Notes: a model not told the origin generated them from the sequence alone. Shown: positions 1-12,393, counted from the stretch's first letter. The stretch is DNA of 63,087 nucleotides from Octopus bimaculoides (GCF_001194135.2 NC_069005.1:29660326-29723412); one strand, 5' to 3'. Numbers and translations are program-made.

Positions 1-247
1 GGCAAACCCTGCTGTACTCTTCCACCACAACTTTCTGAAACTCTTACTTCCTGTTTCTGTTGTGCCTGTAATTCAAAGGGTCAGCCTTGTCACACTGTGT
101 CACACTGAATCTCCCTGAGAACTACGTTAAGGGTACACGTGTCTGTGGAGTGCTCAGCCACTTGCACGTTAATTTCACGAGCAGGCTGTTCCGTTGATCG
201 GATCAACTGGAACCTTCGACGTCGTAAGCGATGGAGTGCCAACAACA
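1..247 (+). mobile_element. tRNA-derived SINE family E, 3' part (cut by window edge)
   Basis: Nearly identical to 15835-16080 of the full copy. Ends in two hairpins (GTTCCGTTGATC-G-GATCAACTGGAAC and CGTCG-TAAG-CGATG) and an (AAC)n tail. Confidence 0.85.
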
Positions 248-453
248 GTAAGGAGAATGGCTCATGTGATGAAAGGTAAGCTTTCTATCATTCAGAATGA
301 ATGCCGGAGTGGCCCTTGATGTTGCCCTTCTGCCTAAACCAGCAGACCTACTTGGGCCCAACATGGTCTGTTGAAATGCTAAAGGGCTAATGTGTATGTA
401 GGACTACAATCTCCTTTGTGCTCTTCCTTGTTTTCTAATCAGTAGGATGGGAT

Positions 454-1118
454 TGAACCCCTTAGTGTTCAGATTGCTCTGTTAACTGTAATGCTTTTTC
501 ACTAATATTCATCATCATCATCGTCGTTGTTTAACGTCCGCTTTCCATGCTAGCATGGGTTGGACGATTTGACTGAGGACTGGTGAAACCAGATGGCTAC
601 ACCAAGCTCCAATCTGATCTGGCAGAGTTTCTACAGCTGGATGCCCTTCCTAACGCCAACCACTCTGAGAGTGTGGTGGGTGCTTTTACGTGCCACTGGC
701 ACGAAGGCCAGTCAGGCAGTACTGGCAACGGCCACGCTCAAAATGGTGTATTTTATGTGCCACCAGCACAGGAGCCAGTCCAGGAGCACTGGCAACGATC
801 TCGCTCAAAAATCCTTACACATGCCACGGGCAGAAGTACCAGAAAGGCGTAGCTGGGAACAAGTGCCATCCCGATTTGGGCTTTCGCTTGCCGCAATAAG
901 TCTTTGCAAGCTGAGTTTCGTGTCCAATGAAGGAGACGACATTGTTTAGAATTAATCCTGCATTATCATCTTATAGCGTTGTGGTTTCAGTGACGTGTGT
1001 TTATTTTCAGAATGTCGGAGCAGAGTAGGTGTGACAGGGAAGAAGACATGGCCAGTGTGAATGTAAAACATGTAGAATATTTGAGCCGGATATGGCTGGT
1101 TTAAAAGCAAAAGGGTTG
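454..1118. mobile_element. piggyBac-like MITE (family C), split by an RTE-derived insertion
   Basis: Degenerate ends resembling TTAACCCTTTAGCATT...AATGCTAAAGGGTTAA. Halves 454-508 and ~947-1118 match the copies at 56130-56595, 45400-45760 and 42606-43064. Confidence 0.55.
509..850 (-). mobile_element. RTE-clade LINE 3' UTR fragment
   Basis: On the minus strand ends ...GCATGGAAAGCGGACGTTAAAC(GAT)n. A diverged version of this 3' end follows RTE-type ORF2 coding relics at 38478-39340 and 36465-36720. Confidence 0.8.
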
Positions 1119-1147
1119 AACAGCAGCACTGAACATGGAGTAGGTGA

Positions 1148-1475
1148 GGGCGTGCAGCTAAGTGGTTAGGGTATTCAACTAATAAGCATAAGTTCGGGAG
1201 TTCGATTTCCAGTGGTGCATTGTGTACTTAAACAAGATACTTTACTTCATGTTGCTTCAGTCCACTCAGCAGGTAAAAAAATGAGTTGTACCTGTAATTA
1301 AAAAGGGGCCAGCCTTGTTACATTCTGTGTCATGCTGAATCTCCCTGAGAACTACATTAAGGATATTACAGATGTGTCTGTGGAGTACTCAGCCACTTGC
1401 ACATTAATTTCGCAAGCAGGCTGATCTGTTCATCAGATCAACTGGAATGTTCGTCATGGCAACAGGGAGAGTGTC
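1148..1475 (+). mobile_element. tRNA-derived SINE with CORE-like centre and family-E tail
   Basis: Box A-like CAGCTAAGTGG and box B-like GAGTTCGATTTCC. CORE-like TGTACTTAAACAAGATACTTTACTTCATGTTGCTTCAGTCCACTCAGC. From ~1290 it aligns to the family-E 3' half. Confidence 0.65.
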
Positions 1476-1554
1476 AATTTAGGTGGGGGCAGGTGTTGTG
1501 CATCTATTTCTGCAGCCTTCTCATTGTTTCAGCCACGTCTTATCATATACTTAC

Positions 1555-1586
<32 letters not shown>

Positions 1587-1687
1587 GTGTGTGAGTGTGG
1601 TAGATATAGCAATGTATCATCATAAACACTAAGAAATCTGTTCCTGTTCCCCTATCATCACCTCGACTCAACATCTCAAACCAAAGG

Positions 1688-1865
1688 AGTCTGCTAGACA
1701 TAGCAGACAAATCTCCCATATCATCTTAAAAAAAAAAAATAACAAAAAGAAGCAATAAATACAATGGAAAGCTCAATACACAACAAAATAGGATGGTCAC
1801 AGCTGAAAATGCCTTTAAGCAGAGGTCAGCGTGATTAATGCAGATATGGAGTAAACAGGAACAAC
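1688..1865 (+). repeat. Interspersed repeat family D (class unresolved)
   Basis: The motif CTGCTAGAAATAGCAGCCAAATCTC...GACCTGGGGCTAAACAAC recurs in part near 3790-3965, 24820-25040, 44250-44470, 52670-52850, 54780 and 55835. Confidence 0.55.
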
Positions 1866-2105
1866 ATTCTGCACTCTACTTTTTACCACAAGGAAATACT
1901 GTAACATAAAACTCTAAAAAAGGAAACTGAAACTAAAAATATACTAAACAGAGACAAATCCGTACAACACTTAGGTCAAACTCCTAGTACCCACACCATC
2001 AACAGATTGTGTAAAAGCATAACCCTTATATACCCCCGGTTGCGTTTTTGCAATGCAAAACCTGCTCCTGCTTGTTTGGACATGAACTTACCAGGAAGCA
2101 TCTGA

Positions 2106-2240
2106 CATCATCATCATCATCGTTTAACGTCCGCTTTCCATGCTAGCATGGGTTGGACGATTTGACTGAGGACTGGTGAAACCAGATGGCTACACCAGGC
2201 TCCAATCTGATTTGGCAGAGTTTCTACAGCTGGATGCCCC
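2106..2240 (-). mobile_element. RTE LINE 3' end fragment
   Basis: Near-identical to 519-647 and 62879-63015; (CAT)n tail. Confidence 0.8.
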
Positions 2241-2603
2241 TATGCAGTCGGTCTGCCAAATTGCTCCTAAATTGCAGTTTTAGAGAATGCAGCCACTGGG
2301 TCAAGTTCAGAATGTCTACGATAATAGGTCTGTTTGATGAGACAAGACCTGGGGGTTAAAGAGTATAATTAGAGGTAAAATATGAGCTGACAAATTATTT
2401 AGAAGAACAACAATGATGACAATGAAAACTAAAAGAGAAGTCCAAGGAATTTCAGAACTAGGGAGGTCGTTATCAACTTGAAGAATTTGCTGTGTCAACT
2501 TTTCAAAAAAATCTACACATTTCTTCTGCAGTCACAGTTGTTAAGGGGCCAAGGTGTGCACGCTTAGCAACATTAGAAAAGTGTAACCCTGCCTATATTT
2601 CTA

Positions 2604-2830
2604 GATACTGATTTCAAATTTTGGCACAAGGCCAGCAATTTCGGCGGAGGGAGGGGTTAAGTCAATAACACTGACCCCAGTGCTCAACTGGTACTCATCT
2701 TATCGAACCTGGAAGGATAATAAAAGGCAAAGTTGACTCCAGTGGAATTTGAACTCGGAACATAAAGATGGACATAACACTGCTAAGCATTTTTTGCCCA
2801 GCGTGCTAACAGTTCTGCCAGCTCACCATT
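2604..2830 (-). mobile_element. tRNA-derived SINE family B (Deu/Nin-like central domain)
   Basis: The minus strand has a TGGCAGAA head, box B GAGTTCAAATTCC and a GCCTTT..ATCCTT...GATAAGATGAGTACCAG centre. Many copies in the window. The domain name is from recollection of SINE superfamily consensus sequences. Confidence 0.7.
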
Positions 2831-3239
2831 GAAGTGAATAAAACATTACAATTATAACAAAAAAAAAAGACCCCAAAATCATTAGTCCTCTGAGAGAGAT
2901 CAATCAAATCTCAACCAAAGTAAAGCATGTCTGGCTTTTTTACTGATCTCGTCCCACAGTAGTACTAAATATGGAAACAGTAAATATGTACAGATCACAT
3001 GTACGTCTAAAAATTGAAAGCAGGAACTATATAAAGAATTTTAATACGAGATGCATAAATTATTCATTTATACAAGAAATTTGACTACACAATATTTGTG
3101 TAGTAAATTGCACTGACTGACTGTTTAGGAACCCACATACACACACACACTTGTGTGTAGGTACGCGTTTGTATGTATGTACATATATATATAAACAATA
3201 TATGAGTATATGCATATGTACATGTATGTATATACGTTC

Positions 3240-3526
3240 ATCTACATGTACATATAGATACATAACTGGGTACATGACGTGGCAAAAGAACAAGGACAAA
3301 ATGGTAAACAAGGTGCAACAAACAAGCAGGCCACATAGAAACATCCCCTTCATCAGCTGCCACCATTAAAACTCCGGCGTTTCGAAGAATTAAGGCAGTA
3401 CGCATCGTTAAAATGGTTCTTCCCACGAACACAAATTAAATTGTTTTCGTGGAGGGTGGTGGCGGACGGAAAACAAGACAGGAAAACGAAACGGTGAAAT
3501 AAACAAACATATAGACATAACTACAT
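3240..3526 (-). mobile_element. Non-autonomous Penelope-like/retrozyme-like element carrying hammerhead core motifs
   Basis: Its 3' part (CTGATGAAGG...GTGGC...GTCATGTACCC...CATGTAGATG) aligns with 31851-31970. Tail-only relatives at ~12931-13020 and ~29085-29170. Confidence 0.5.
3343..3403 (-). ncRNA. Putative hammerhead ribozyme with permuted strand order
   Basis: RNA GCGUA-CUGCC-UUAA-UUCUUC-GAAA-CGC-N15-GGCAG-CUGAUGA-AGGGGAU. All core nucleotides are present. Stems: I CUGCC/GGCAG, III GCGU/ACGC, II G-U rich. Confidence 0.4.
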
Positions 3527-3690
3527 TTTATTCTTTTACTTGTTTCAGTCATTTTGACTGCGGCCATGCTGGAGCACCGCCTTTAAGCGAGCAAGTCGAC
3601 TCCCAGGACTTATTCTTTGTAAGCCCAGTACTTGTTCTATCGGTCTCTTTTGCCGAACCACTAAGTTTACGGGGACGTAAACACACCAAC
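3527..3690 (-). mobile_element. SINE family A, 3' half
   Basis: Matches 45225-45388 in reverse complement. Confidence 0.8.
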
Positions 3691-4178
3691 ATCTTTCCAT
3701 GTTTATAAACACATAAGCATTTAACCAACATTCATATTCACTCACACACACTCGTGCGTGCACACGTACATATACATTTTGTGTCGTTAAAGCCTCATGT
3801 TAGCCCTGAACGAGCCAGCAACTAAGCTTATAATCAAAGGGGATCCTGCCGTGGCTATCACGTTCCAGTATATCTATGACTACATTACTCAAACCCTCCT
3901 TTGTTTATCTGAAGACGGAAGCGTTTGATTTGAAGCTACTTGGCTGCTATTTGTAGCAGGTCGGCCGACAACATTCCAGTTTCGTCCTGCTCCCATGTTA
4001 CTTGTGTAACAAATAAATTTAAGTGTATGTCTTAATTCCAGCGCAAACCGTCCACAAACCACTACCCACCAGAAATGATCAAATTACAACAAAATACATT
4101 CGTTGACACTTTCAGGGCGGAAACTGTACCAAGTAATATATATTTATATAAACAAACTACTGAAAATTATTCTCTTTC

Positions 4179-4239
<61 letters not shown>

Positions 4240-4583
4240 ACAGATAGGCCAAGACATACGGGTGTTTTGAAGTAGAGCAGTTATATATGGGGCCACCAAC
4301 TTTAGGAAGTCCTACTCCTCGGAAAGAAATAGAAATATTAAAAAAAAACCCAAAAAACTCCTTTTTCTTTTTTAAATATCAACCGTTGCAGACCTTTTAT
4401 TCTGTGACTGTGTCATCTAAACTACATGTACCAGTAATATATTCGTAAGCATCACATAAATCATATCGTATTTAGGTAGCACTGATCGTTAAAATTAATG
4501 AGCAAGTCTGACTCAAATGATGGCGGCGTTGGTGGCGGAGCATATCTAAGCTGAACCTATAATAAAGGTTTTCACAGCCTTGA

Positions 4584-4623
<40 letters not shown>

Positions 4624-5024
4624 CAATAAATCTATGGTTCACTACTCACCTATCTGAATACATAAATACAAGCATAATCACACACACACACACAAAATAG
4701 ATATTTATACACACACATTCCCCAAATAGCTGAAGGAACGACCAGTATGACAGGATGTATATTGTGTACAAGACTATGTTTATGCATTCACACGTATGTA
4801 TGTATGTATGTATGTATGTATGTATGTATACACACACACGTATGTATGTATGTATCTATGTATACATAGCGCCAGTCGAGGTATATAACTTGTCATTTGC
4901 CAGGAGACGGAAATATTAAAGTAGGATCGTTTGACATAAATAGGGACAGAAGAACAATAGGACAAACCGTAGTGAGCAACTTGTGATAAAGAGTAAAACA
5001 TATTTGTCGTTCACATAATACCTT

Positions 5025-5402
5025 TTTTTGTTTGTTTTTTACTTGTTTCAGTCATCTGGTCGCGGCCATGCTGGAGGACCGCCTTTAGTCGAGCAAATCG
5101 ACCCCAGGAATTATTCTTAGTATGCCTAGTATTTATTCTATTGGTCTCTTTTGCCGAACCGCTAAGCACACCAGCATTGGTTGTCAAGCGATGTTGGAGG
5201 GAACAAACACAGACACACACACACACATATATATATACGATGGGCTTCTTTCAGTTTCGGTCTACTGAATCCACTCACAAGGCTTTGAGTCGGCCCGAGG
5301 CTATAGTATATAAGACACTTGCCCAAGGTGCCACGCAGTGGGACTGAACCCAGAACCATGTGGTTGGTAAGCAAGCTACTTGCCACATAGCCACTCCTGC
5401 GC
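5025..5402 (-). mobile_element. SINE family A, near full length
   Basis: Head GCAGGAGTGGCTATGTGG, box B GGTTCAGTCCC, CACCTTGGGCAAGTGTCTT centre, internal (TA)n(TG)n, conserved tail. Confidence 0.85.
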
Positions 5403-7133
5403 CTATATATACACATATCCAAATCACATGGTTCTCGGTTCAGTCCCACTGTGTGGCACTTTGGGCAAGTATTTTCTACCACAACACCGGGACGACCAAA
5501 GCCTTGCGAGTGGAATCTAGTAGAGGGAAACTGAAAGAAGCTCGCTTAGAGGGTTAGGTAAATAGCATTTAGGGAGCACCTAAATCGCACCTACGGGGGT
5601 CAGGGGTTGCAACACACTTTAGGGTGATGTGGACCGTCGTGAATTAGGGTTAGCAGGGCTATGCATAAGTTTCCTGCTTGACACTGTTTTAGCAGGAAGT
5701 CTAAGTAGATTCGTCGAACTGTGTTCATAAACGAATTTTGTGCAATTTAGGACGCTGAAATATGAGATTACCGGGTGTCGGACGGACGGGAGTATTGGTG
5801 ACAAAGACAAATTAGTCGTAATTTTCATTTATTTACATCAAGCGTTACCATAGTAACTAAGTGTCATAGCTACTGGAGAATATAGGGCCTACAGTACATG
5901 GATACACGTGTGTGTGTGTGTGTGCATGTGAGTGTTTGATTGTGAGTGTATGTACGTGAGAGTGTGTGTGTGTGTGTGTTTGTTCGAGTGTGCGTGTGTC
6001 TGCGTGCGTGAGAAAAGGAGAGAAGGAACAAAAATGGCAATTGTCAAAAATGTTAAACTTTAAAAAAAATGACCGTAGTTGTTTCTGACCAGTCGGAGCT
6101 GACCTGGGACTAAACGACAATTTTAAAGGAAGAACTCCGCCTAATTTCTCTCCGTCTGACGTGTTTCCATCAAAGTAAATAAATCGTAAAGAACGAGTCT
6201 AAGGAAATTGAGAGAACTGCGAAGACAAAGGTAGACGTGAGGTGAACCATTCGATAAAATTTGCAGAAATACTTACAATATATGTGTGTTGTTGTAGACC
6301 ATGCTTTAGTAAGATGGCTTTNNNNNNNNNNNNNNNNNNNNNNNNNNNNNNNNNNNNNNNNNNNNNNNNNNNNNNNNNNNNNNNNNNNNNNNNNNNNNNN
6401 NNNNNNNNNNNNNNNNNNNNNNNNNNNNNNNNNNNNNNNNNNNNNNNNNNNNNNNNNNNNNNNNNNNNNNNNNNNNNNNNNNNNNNNNNNNNNNNNNNNN
6501 NNNNNNNNNNNNNNNNNNNNNNNNNNNNNNNNNNNNNNNNNNNNNNNNNNNNNNNNNNNNNNNNNNNNNNNNNNNNNNNNNNNNNNNNNNNNNNNNNNNN
6601 NNNNNNNNNNNNNNNNNNNNNNNNNNNNNNNNNNNNNNNNNNNNNNNNNNNNNNNNNNNNNNNNNNNNNNNNNNNNNNNNNNNNNNNNNNNNNNNNNNNN
6701 NNNNNNNNNNNNNNNNNNNNNNNNNNNNNNNNNNNNNNNNNNNNNNNNNNNNNNNNNNNNNNNNNNNNNNNNNNNNNNNNNNNNNNNNNNNNNNNNNNNN
6801 NNNNNNNNNNNNNNNNNNNNNNNNNNNNNNNNNNNNNNNNNNNNNNNNNNNNNNNNNNNNNNNNNNNNNATATATATTTATAAACATAATTATGGGATCA
6901 GCGGTGCTTTCATACCGATGGGCTTGGTAAAAATTATTAATTGTTAATTGATTTATTAATTAATAAATTGATAATCCTTTACCCTTTTAATTTGTGTATA
7001 TATATATATATACATACATACAGGTAGACAGATATATTTTATTGTTTTCAAGTCAAAGGCTGGTGTCATGCTGGAGCACGACCTTTCAGCGTGTTTGGGG
7101 GGGGGGCACATTTCTGTACTGTTTTGGGTGAAG

Positions 7134-7500
7134 TCACTCTTCTTTGGCTCCACCCTTCCCCTCCCCTGCTGCGATTGTGAGTCCACCTGGTATTTCAGAT
7201 GAAAATTTGTCCAGATGCTCCACATGTGGGGCACGTAGACCTCCACATGTATACCTACCTTGCGAATCTCTGAAGTTGTTTAATGTCAGACTGTTGAATA
7301 GTTTTGGACCCCTGAAACCCAACCTTTGGGTCTTTTTATTTGAGACGGTGAAGACGGAGTCTTTGGTATTATACAGTGCTGTCCAATTCGGTGGTTGGTA
7401 TAGCTTTCGATTCCAAAGTTGGGAGCTATCCCTTCCAGGACCTTCTACGTGAATATCACTGTATACCTTTCTCACCTTCTCTCTAAGAAGTAGAGTTTTA
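7134..7500 (-). mobile_element. CR1-group LINE ORF2 C-terminal relic
   Basis: Translation ...QRLGFRGPKLFNSL...RD...HLDKFSSEIPG resembles the C-terminal motif RGPxLFNxLPxxxR...LDxFLxxIPD of CR1/Crack-type ORF2. Degraded. Confidence 0.6.
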
Positions 7501-9115
7501 GTTCCTTTTGGCCCCTCCACCTGTTTCACCGAGTCAATTATTATTGTGTAGTGGATGGAGTTGGATTGTCTCAAGTTACTTCAGTTTGATCCACTGAGGT
7601 ATATAGATATGTGCACTTTATACATGCATGTATTTCATACATAATCACACACACACACACGTTTAGTGGAACAAACAGGAAGATAAAACTCAATACAAGT
7701 GTGGATGTGTTATACGAATGACTCAAGGGCTGACAGTTTCGTGTAAGGAATTTTTTTACACACGCACGCGAGGAAGAGAGTACTCAAAACAAAGAAATAT
7801 GGTGTTATTTGTTCCAAGTTGATAAGCAGAAGTTTTCCGTGTCTGTGCGACTCTCGGGCGACAGACAAAAAATAACTGGATATCGAACAGAGAGGTAAGA
7901 CTTGGGAATCGATGAAGTCAAGTTTCGAACGATGTGTGTGTGTGTGTGTGTGTGTGAAATTGTATGTGATAGGAATGATGAAGGGGAGAGTGGAAAATAA
8001 AGGAGAGAGTAGAAGGAAGAGAAAGAATGTGAGAGAGACGGAGAGAGGGTGAAAGTAGGAGGGGAGAGAGAGAGTGTGTGTGTGAGAAAGATGGGGAGGA
8101 GGAAGAGAATAAGCTTGAGAACGAGAAAATAAGATCAAAAGAGAATAATGAGGAAGACAAAAAATTAAGAACTAAACTACAAATAAACAAGCAGTAGGAA
8201 ATTTTAAAAAGCGTACGTATTGGGTACAGAACGAGAAGCAAGAGAGAGAGAGAGGTAGAGAGAGAAAAAAACTAGTGGAACAGAGAGAGATATGAGAAAG
8301 AAAAAGTGATCGAAACATTTTAAAGCTTGTGTGAGTGTGAGTGAGTGAAAGCCTTCATCAGCAACAAGTGACACTAAAAGATTTCCTTTCGACAGCCACA
8401 CAAAACACATATATTATGTATATATATGATTCACATGATTGATCCCCTTAACGCAGGAAAGAGGAGGGGGGAGCGAGAAAGATATGGCGGTGAAAGAAGG
8501 GAGGAAGGGAGAAAAGGGGGAACTTTCTCCCCTGACCCAGCTCGACATTCTCGAAAATCCCTGCCGACAAAAACTCCCTACATACTTTTTCTTTCTTCTC
8601 TTTTTTTTTTCGGTTTCACTCTCCGCCTTCCAAGCCAACGCCGCCACCCCCAAAACACGGCCCCCAACATTCCTATCTTCTTGTCGTCTGCTTGCCTGCC
8701 TGCCTTCCTTCACCCCTTTCGTGTAACCCTTCAAACTTCTCCCTACAACATACCACGGCGTCGTAACTGGAAATTACTGAATGAAATATCCNNNNNNNNN
8801 NNNNNNNNNNNNNNNNNNNNNNNNNNNNNNNNNNNNNNNNNNNNNNNNNNNNNNNNNNNNNNNNNNNNNNNNNNNNNNNNNNNNNNNNTGAACAAAAAAA
8901 AAATAGATAGACAAATGAATAAATAAATAAAAATGTGCGCGTCAATGGGGTGAGAATGAAGTTAAATAAATAAATAAATAAAATAAAATACGAAAACGGG
9001 AAGCTTTTAATTATAGGTTCACTTCTTATTTGTTACACAACTGAGTCAGCAGCCGAACGATTTACTTTGAGTAAATTGCATTGGAAAAGGTATGAAACAA
9101 TCACACACACACCAA

Positions 9116-9151
<36 letters not shown>

Positions 9152-11291
9152 AAATGCACGCGCATAATGTGCATGTCAAAAAAAATAATTCGTATGCTCT
9201 GTTTTTCCCCCCCTCTCTCTAGTATTTCAACAGTTTATTTAATTATTATTGAACATAAGAAAGACGTGAAAGAGAGGGAGAGAGAGATAAGGTAAGAGAG
9301 ATAGAGAGAGAGGGGGGGAAGAAGGATGTGAGAGATTGTGAAAAGGTGCAAGGGAACGGTGAGAGGGTGAGAGAGACAGAGTAAGAAGGTAAAGCAATGT
9401 GAGGAGAGAAAAAGTGGGGGAAAGAAAGAGGAATTAGATATATGGAGAACAGAGAGAGAGAGAGAGAGAGAGAGAAAGAAAGAAACGGGAGACTGAGATG
9501 TGCGAGTGAGAGAGAGAGATGGGGAGGTGTACAAGGGAAAGAAGAGAGGAGAGGAAAAGAAGAAAAGGATATAAGATAGAAAAAAATTGGAAGGAAATAG
9601 AGAAAGAGGGAATGAAGTGTTGGAAAGAGGGGTGGGGAAGAAATAGTGAAATCCCAATATTTATGTAAACTAGAGAATATTTTTTTTCATGTTCCAAAAT
9701 AAATTGCTTCAAATGAAAGCTGATGGCAGAGGAACCGGCAAAGGAGAAGGAAATATGAAACCAAATGAAAACTTTTAAGTCACCAAAAACAGAGTAAAAA
9801 GAAAAGAAAAGAAAAACACAAAAAGCCTGTAAAGGAAACACTATTTTTTATTTCAAGGGCACAGAAAAATCGTGTGAATTAAGAGGTTGCAGCTATCATC
9901 GTCATTCTTATCGTTTTAAGCATCCACTTCTTCCCATGCTTGTATGCGTCAGAAGGAATTTGTAGCCACAGGCGGTTTTAAACCAATTAAACCTGTTCTG
10001 ATTGAGCCCTGCATCAAGAAAGGACTCAGTATACATGCTCAAGTGATGATGAATTTGTTGTGGCTAATGCTGGAGCCTCAAGCCCTCAATGTCTTTTTTT
10101 GGCTGGGACTGGCGTATTACACAAAGCACAAAACAACAACCTTCAGCTTTTGTGGAGTAGAGGGCCCAACTGACAATTCTCCAATTGGGCCCTGCACTTC
10201 CTAGTGCCAGCCCTGTTAAGTGCACAACACTTTCTATAGCCAGGTCCCTTCCAGTTGCCAACACTCGTGTTCCCCTCCACACACACACACATCAGGCTTC
10301 TTTCAGTTTCTGTCCACTAAGTCCACTCACAAGGTTTTGGCTGACCCGAAGCCATGAAAGACGACACTTGCCCCCAAGGTGGTGATGGCGCGAGGGTAGC
10401 GATGGCACATCATCATTCTCTATTAAATGTGTTTAGCGGGAGAAAAATATTGAAAAATATCAATACATGTTAGAGTGACAAAGAAACAAGGAAAGTATCA
10501 GGTGGTCGTGAGATGTGCTAAAAACAACAGTTAAATTGCCCTGAAATGACATAAANNNNNNNNNNNNNNNNNNNNNNNNNNNNNNNNNNNNNNNNNNNNN
10601 NNNNNNNNNNNNNNNNNNNNNNNNNNNNNNNNNNNNNNNNNNNNNNNNNNNNNNNNNNNNNNNNNNNNNNNNNNNNNNNNNNNNNNNNNNNNNNNNNNNN
10701 NNNNNNNNNNNNNNNNNNNNNNNNNNNNNNNNNNNNNNNNNNNNNNNNNNNNNNNNNNNNNNNNNNNNNNNNNNNNNNNNNNNNNNNNNNNNNNNNNNNN
10801 NNNNNNNNNNNNNNNNNNNNNNNNNNNNNNNNNNNNNNNNNNNNNNNNNNNNNNNNNNNNNNNNNNNNNNNNNNNNNNNNNNNNNNNNNNNNNNNNNNNN
10901 NNNNNNNNNNNNNNNNNNNNNNNNNNNNNNNNNNNNNNNNNNNNNNNNNNNNNNNNNNNNNNNNNNNNNNNNNNNNNNNNNNNNNNNNNNNNNNNNNNNN
11001 NNNNNNNNNNNNNNNNNNNNNNNNNNNNNNNNNNNNNNNNNNNNNNNNNNNNNNNNNNNNNNNNNNNNNNNNNNNNNNNNNNNNNNNNNNNNNNNNNNNN
11101 NNNNNNNNNNNNNNNNNNNNNNNNNNNNNNNNNNNNNNNNNNNNNNNNNNNNNNNNNNNNNNNNNNNNNNNNNNNNNNNNNNNNNNNNNNNNNNNNNNNN
11201 NNNNNNNNNNNNNNNNNNNNNNNNNNNNNNNNNNNNNNNNNNNNNNNNNNNNNNNNNNNNNNNNNNNNNNNNNNNNNNNNNNNNNNNNNNN

Positions 11292-11675
11292 TTATTTGTT
11301 TCAGTCGTTTGACTGCAGCCATGCTGGAGCACCACCTTTAGTCGAGCAAATCGACTCCAGGACTTATTCTTTGTAAGCCTAGTACTTTTCTATTGGTCTG
11401 TTTTGCCAAACCGCTAGGTTATGGGGACACAAACACACCAGCATCGGTTGTCAAGCGATGATGGGGGGACAAACACAAACACACATACATATATATGTAT
11501 ATATACATATATACGACAGGCTTCTTTCAGTTTCCGTCTACCAAATCCACTCACAAGGCTTTGGTCGGCCCGAGGCTATAATAGAAGACACTTGCCCAAG
11601 GTGCCACGCAGTGGGCCTGAACCCGGAACCATGTGGTTGGTAGGCAAGCTACTTACCACGCAGCCACTCCTGCAC

Positions 11676-11677
<2 letters not shown>
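11292..11677 (-). mobile_element. SINE family A, near full length
   Basis: Reverse complement of 44978-45388 with internal microsatellite. Confidence 0.85.
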
Positions 11678-11725
<48 letters not shown>

Positions 11726-12393
11726 GTGGGTGCATATATATGTCTATACATGTTTGTATATATATATCCATAAGCATGTGTATGTGTATATATATATATA
11801 TAATGTTGTTATCTTTATAAAGTGCAAGTACCATTGACAAATATTCCAGTTATTTGATCAACAGATTAATCCGCTTATTAAATTAGAGTAATACATAGAT
11901 GCATACATAGAAACTTGCACACAGATGTAAAGAGACAGACACAGCCATACACACCATACGTACACATATGTCCATGCTCTTTTGCCTTTGTTATCTTTCT
12001 GAAGTAGAGCTGACCCTCTCAATATGTGAGAGGAGACCAGAATATGATGTATACAGGCTAACCCACTCCTTGTTTGTCTTATCAAGTTCTTCAGTAGGGT
12101 GTGGCAGGGTTGGCTGTCCCCTTCTCCATTGCCAGAGTGGCTGCAGTAAGTCATTGGATAGGAACTAAACAGATATTTTGGAGTTTGGAGGGAGAGAGGA
12201 GAAGTCAAGAGTTTGTGGATTAGAGAGAGAGAATGAGAAAGAGATGTATTAGAAAGTGAGAAAGAGTGTTGTGTGAGAGAAAAAATGAGATGAATCACAG
12301 AGAGAGAGGTGAGAAGGGAGAGAGATAAAGAGAGAATGAAAGATGTAGGAAAAAGAGTAGGAAAAAGAGATGCTTCAAAGAGAAAGATGTACC

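Noticed and set aside
1000-1030. Splice-like ttattttcag...gtaggt signals
   Set aside because: Part of the family-C MITE consensus and repeated in every copy.
6276-6321. Exon edge: minus KAILLKHGLQQHTYI|gtaagt, or plus ttgttgtag|ACCATGC...ATGGCT
   Set aside because: Both strands look plausible and the rest is in a gap, so it cannot be called.
11968-12168. ORF or 141-nt exon ending at GCA|gtaagt
   Set aside because: Weak acceptor, no recognisable protein, and equally open frames on the minus strand.
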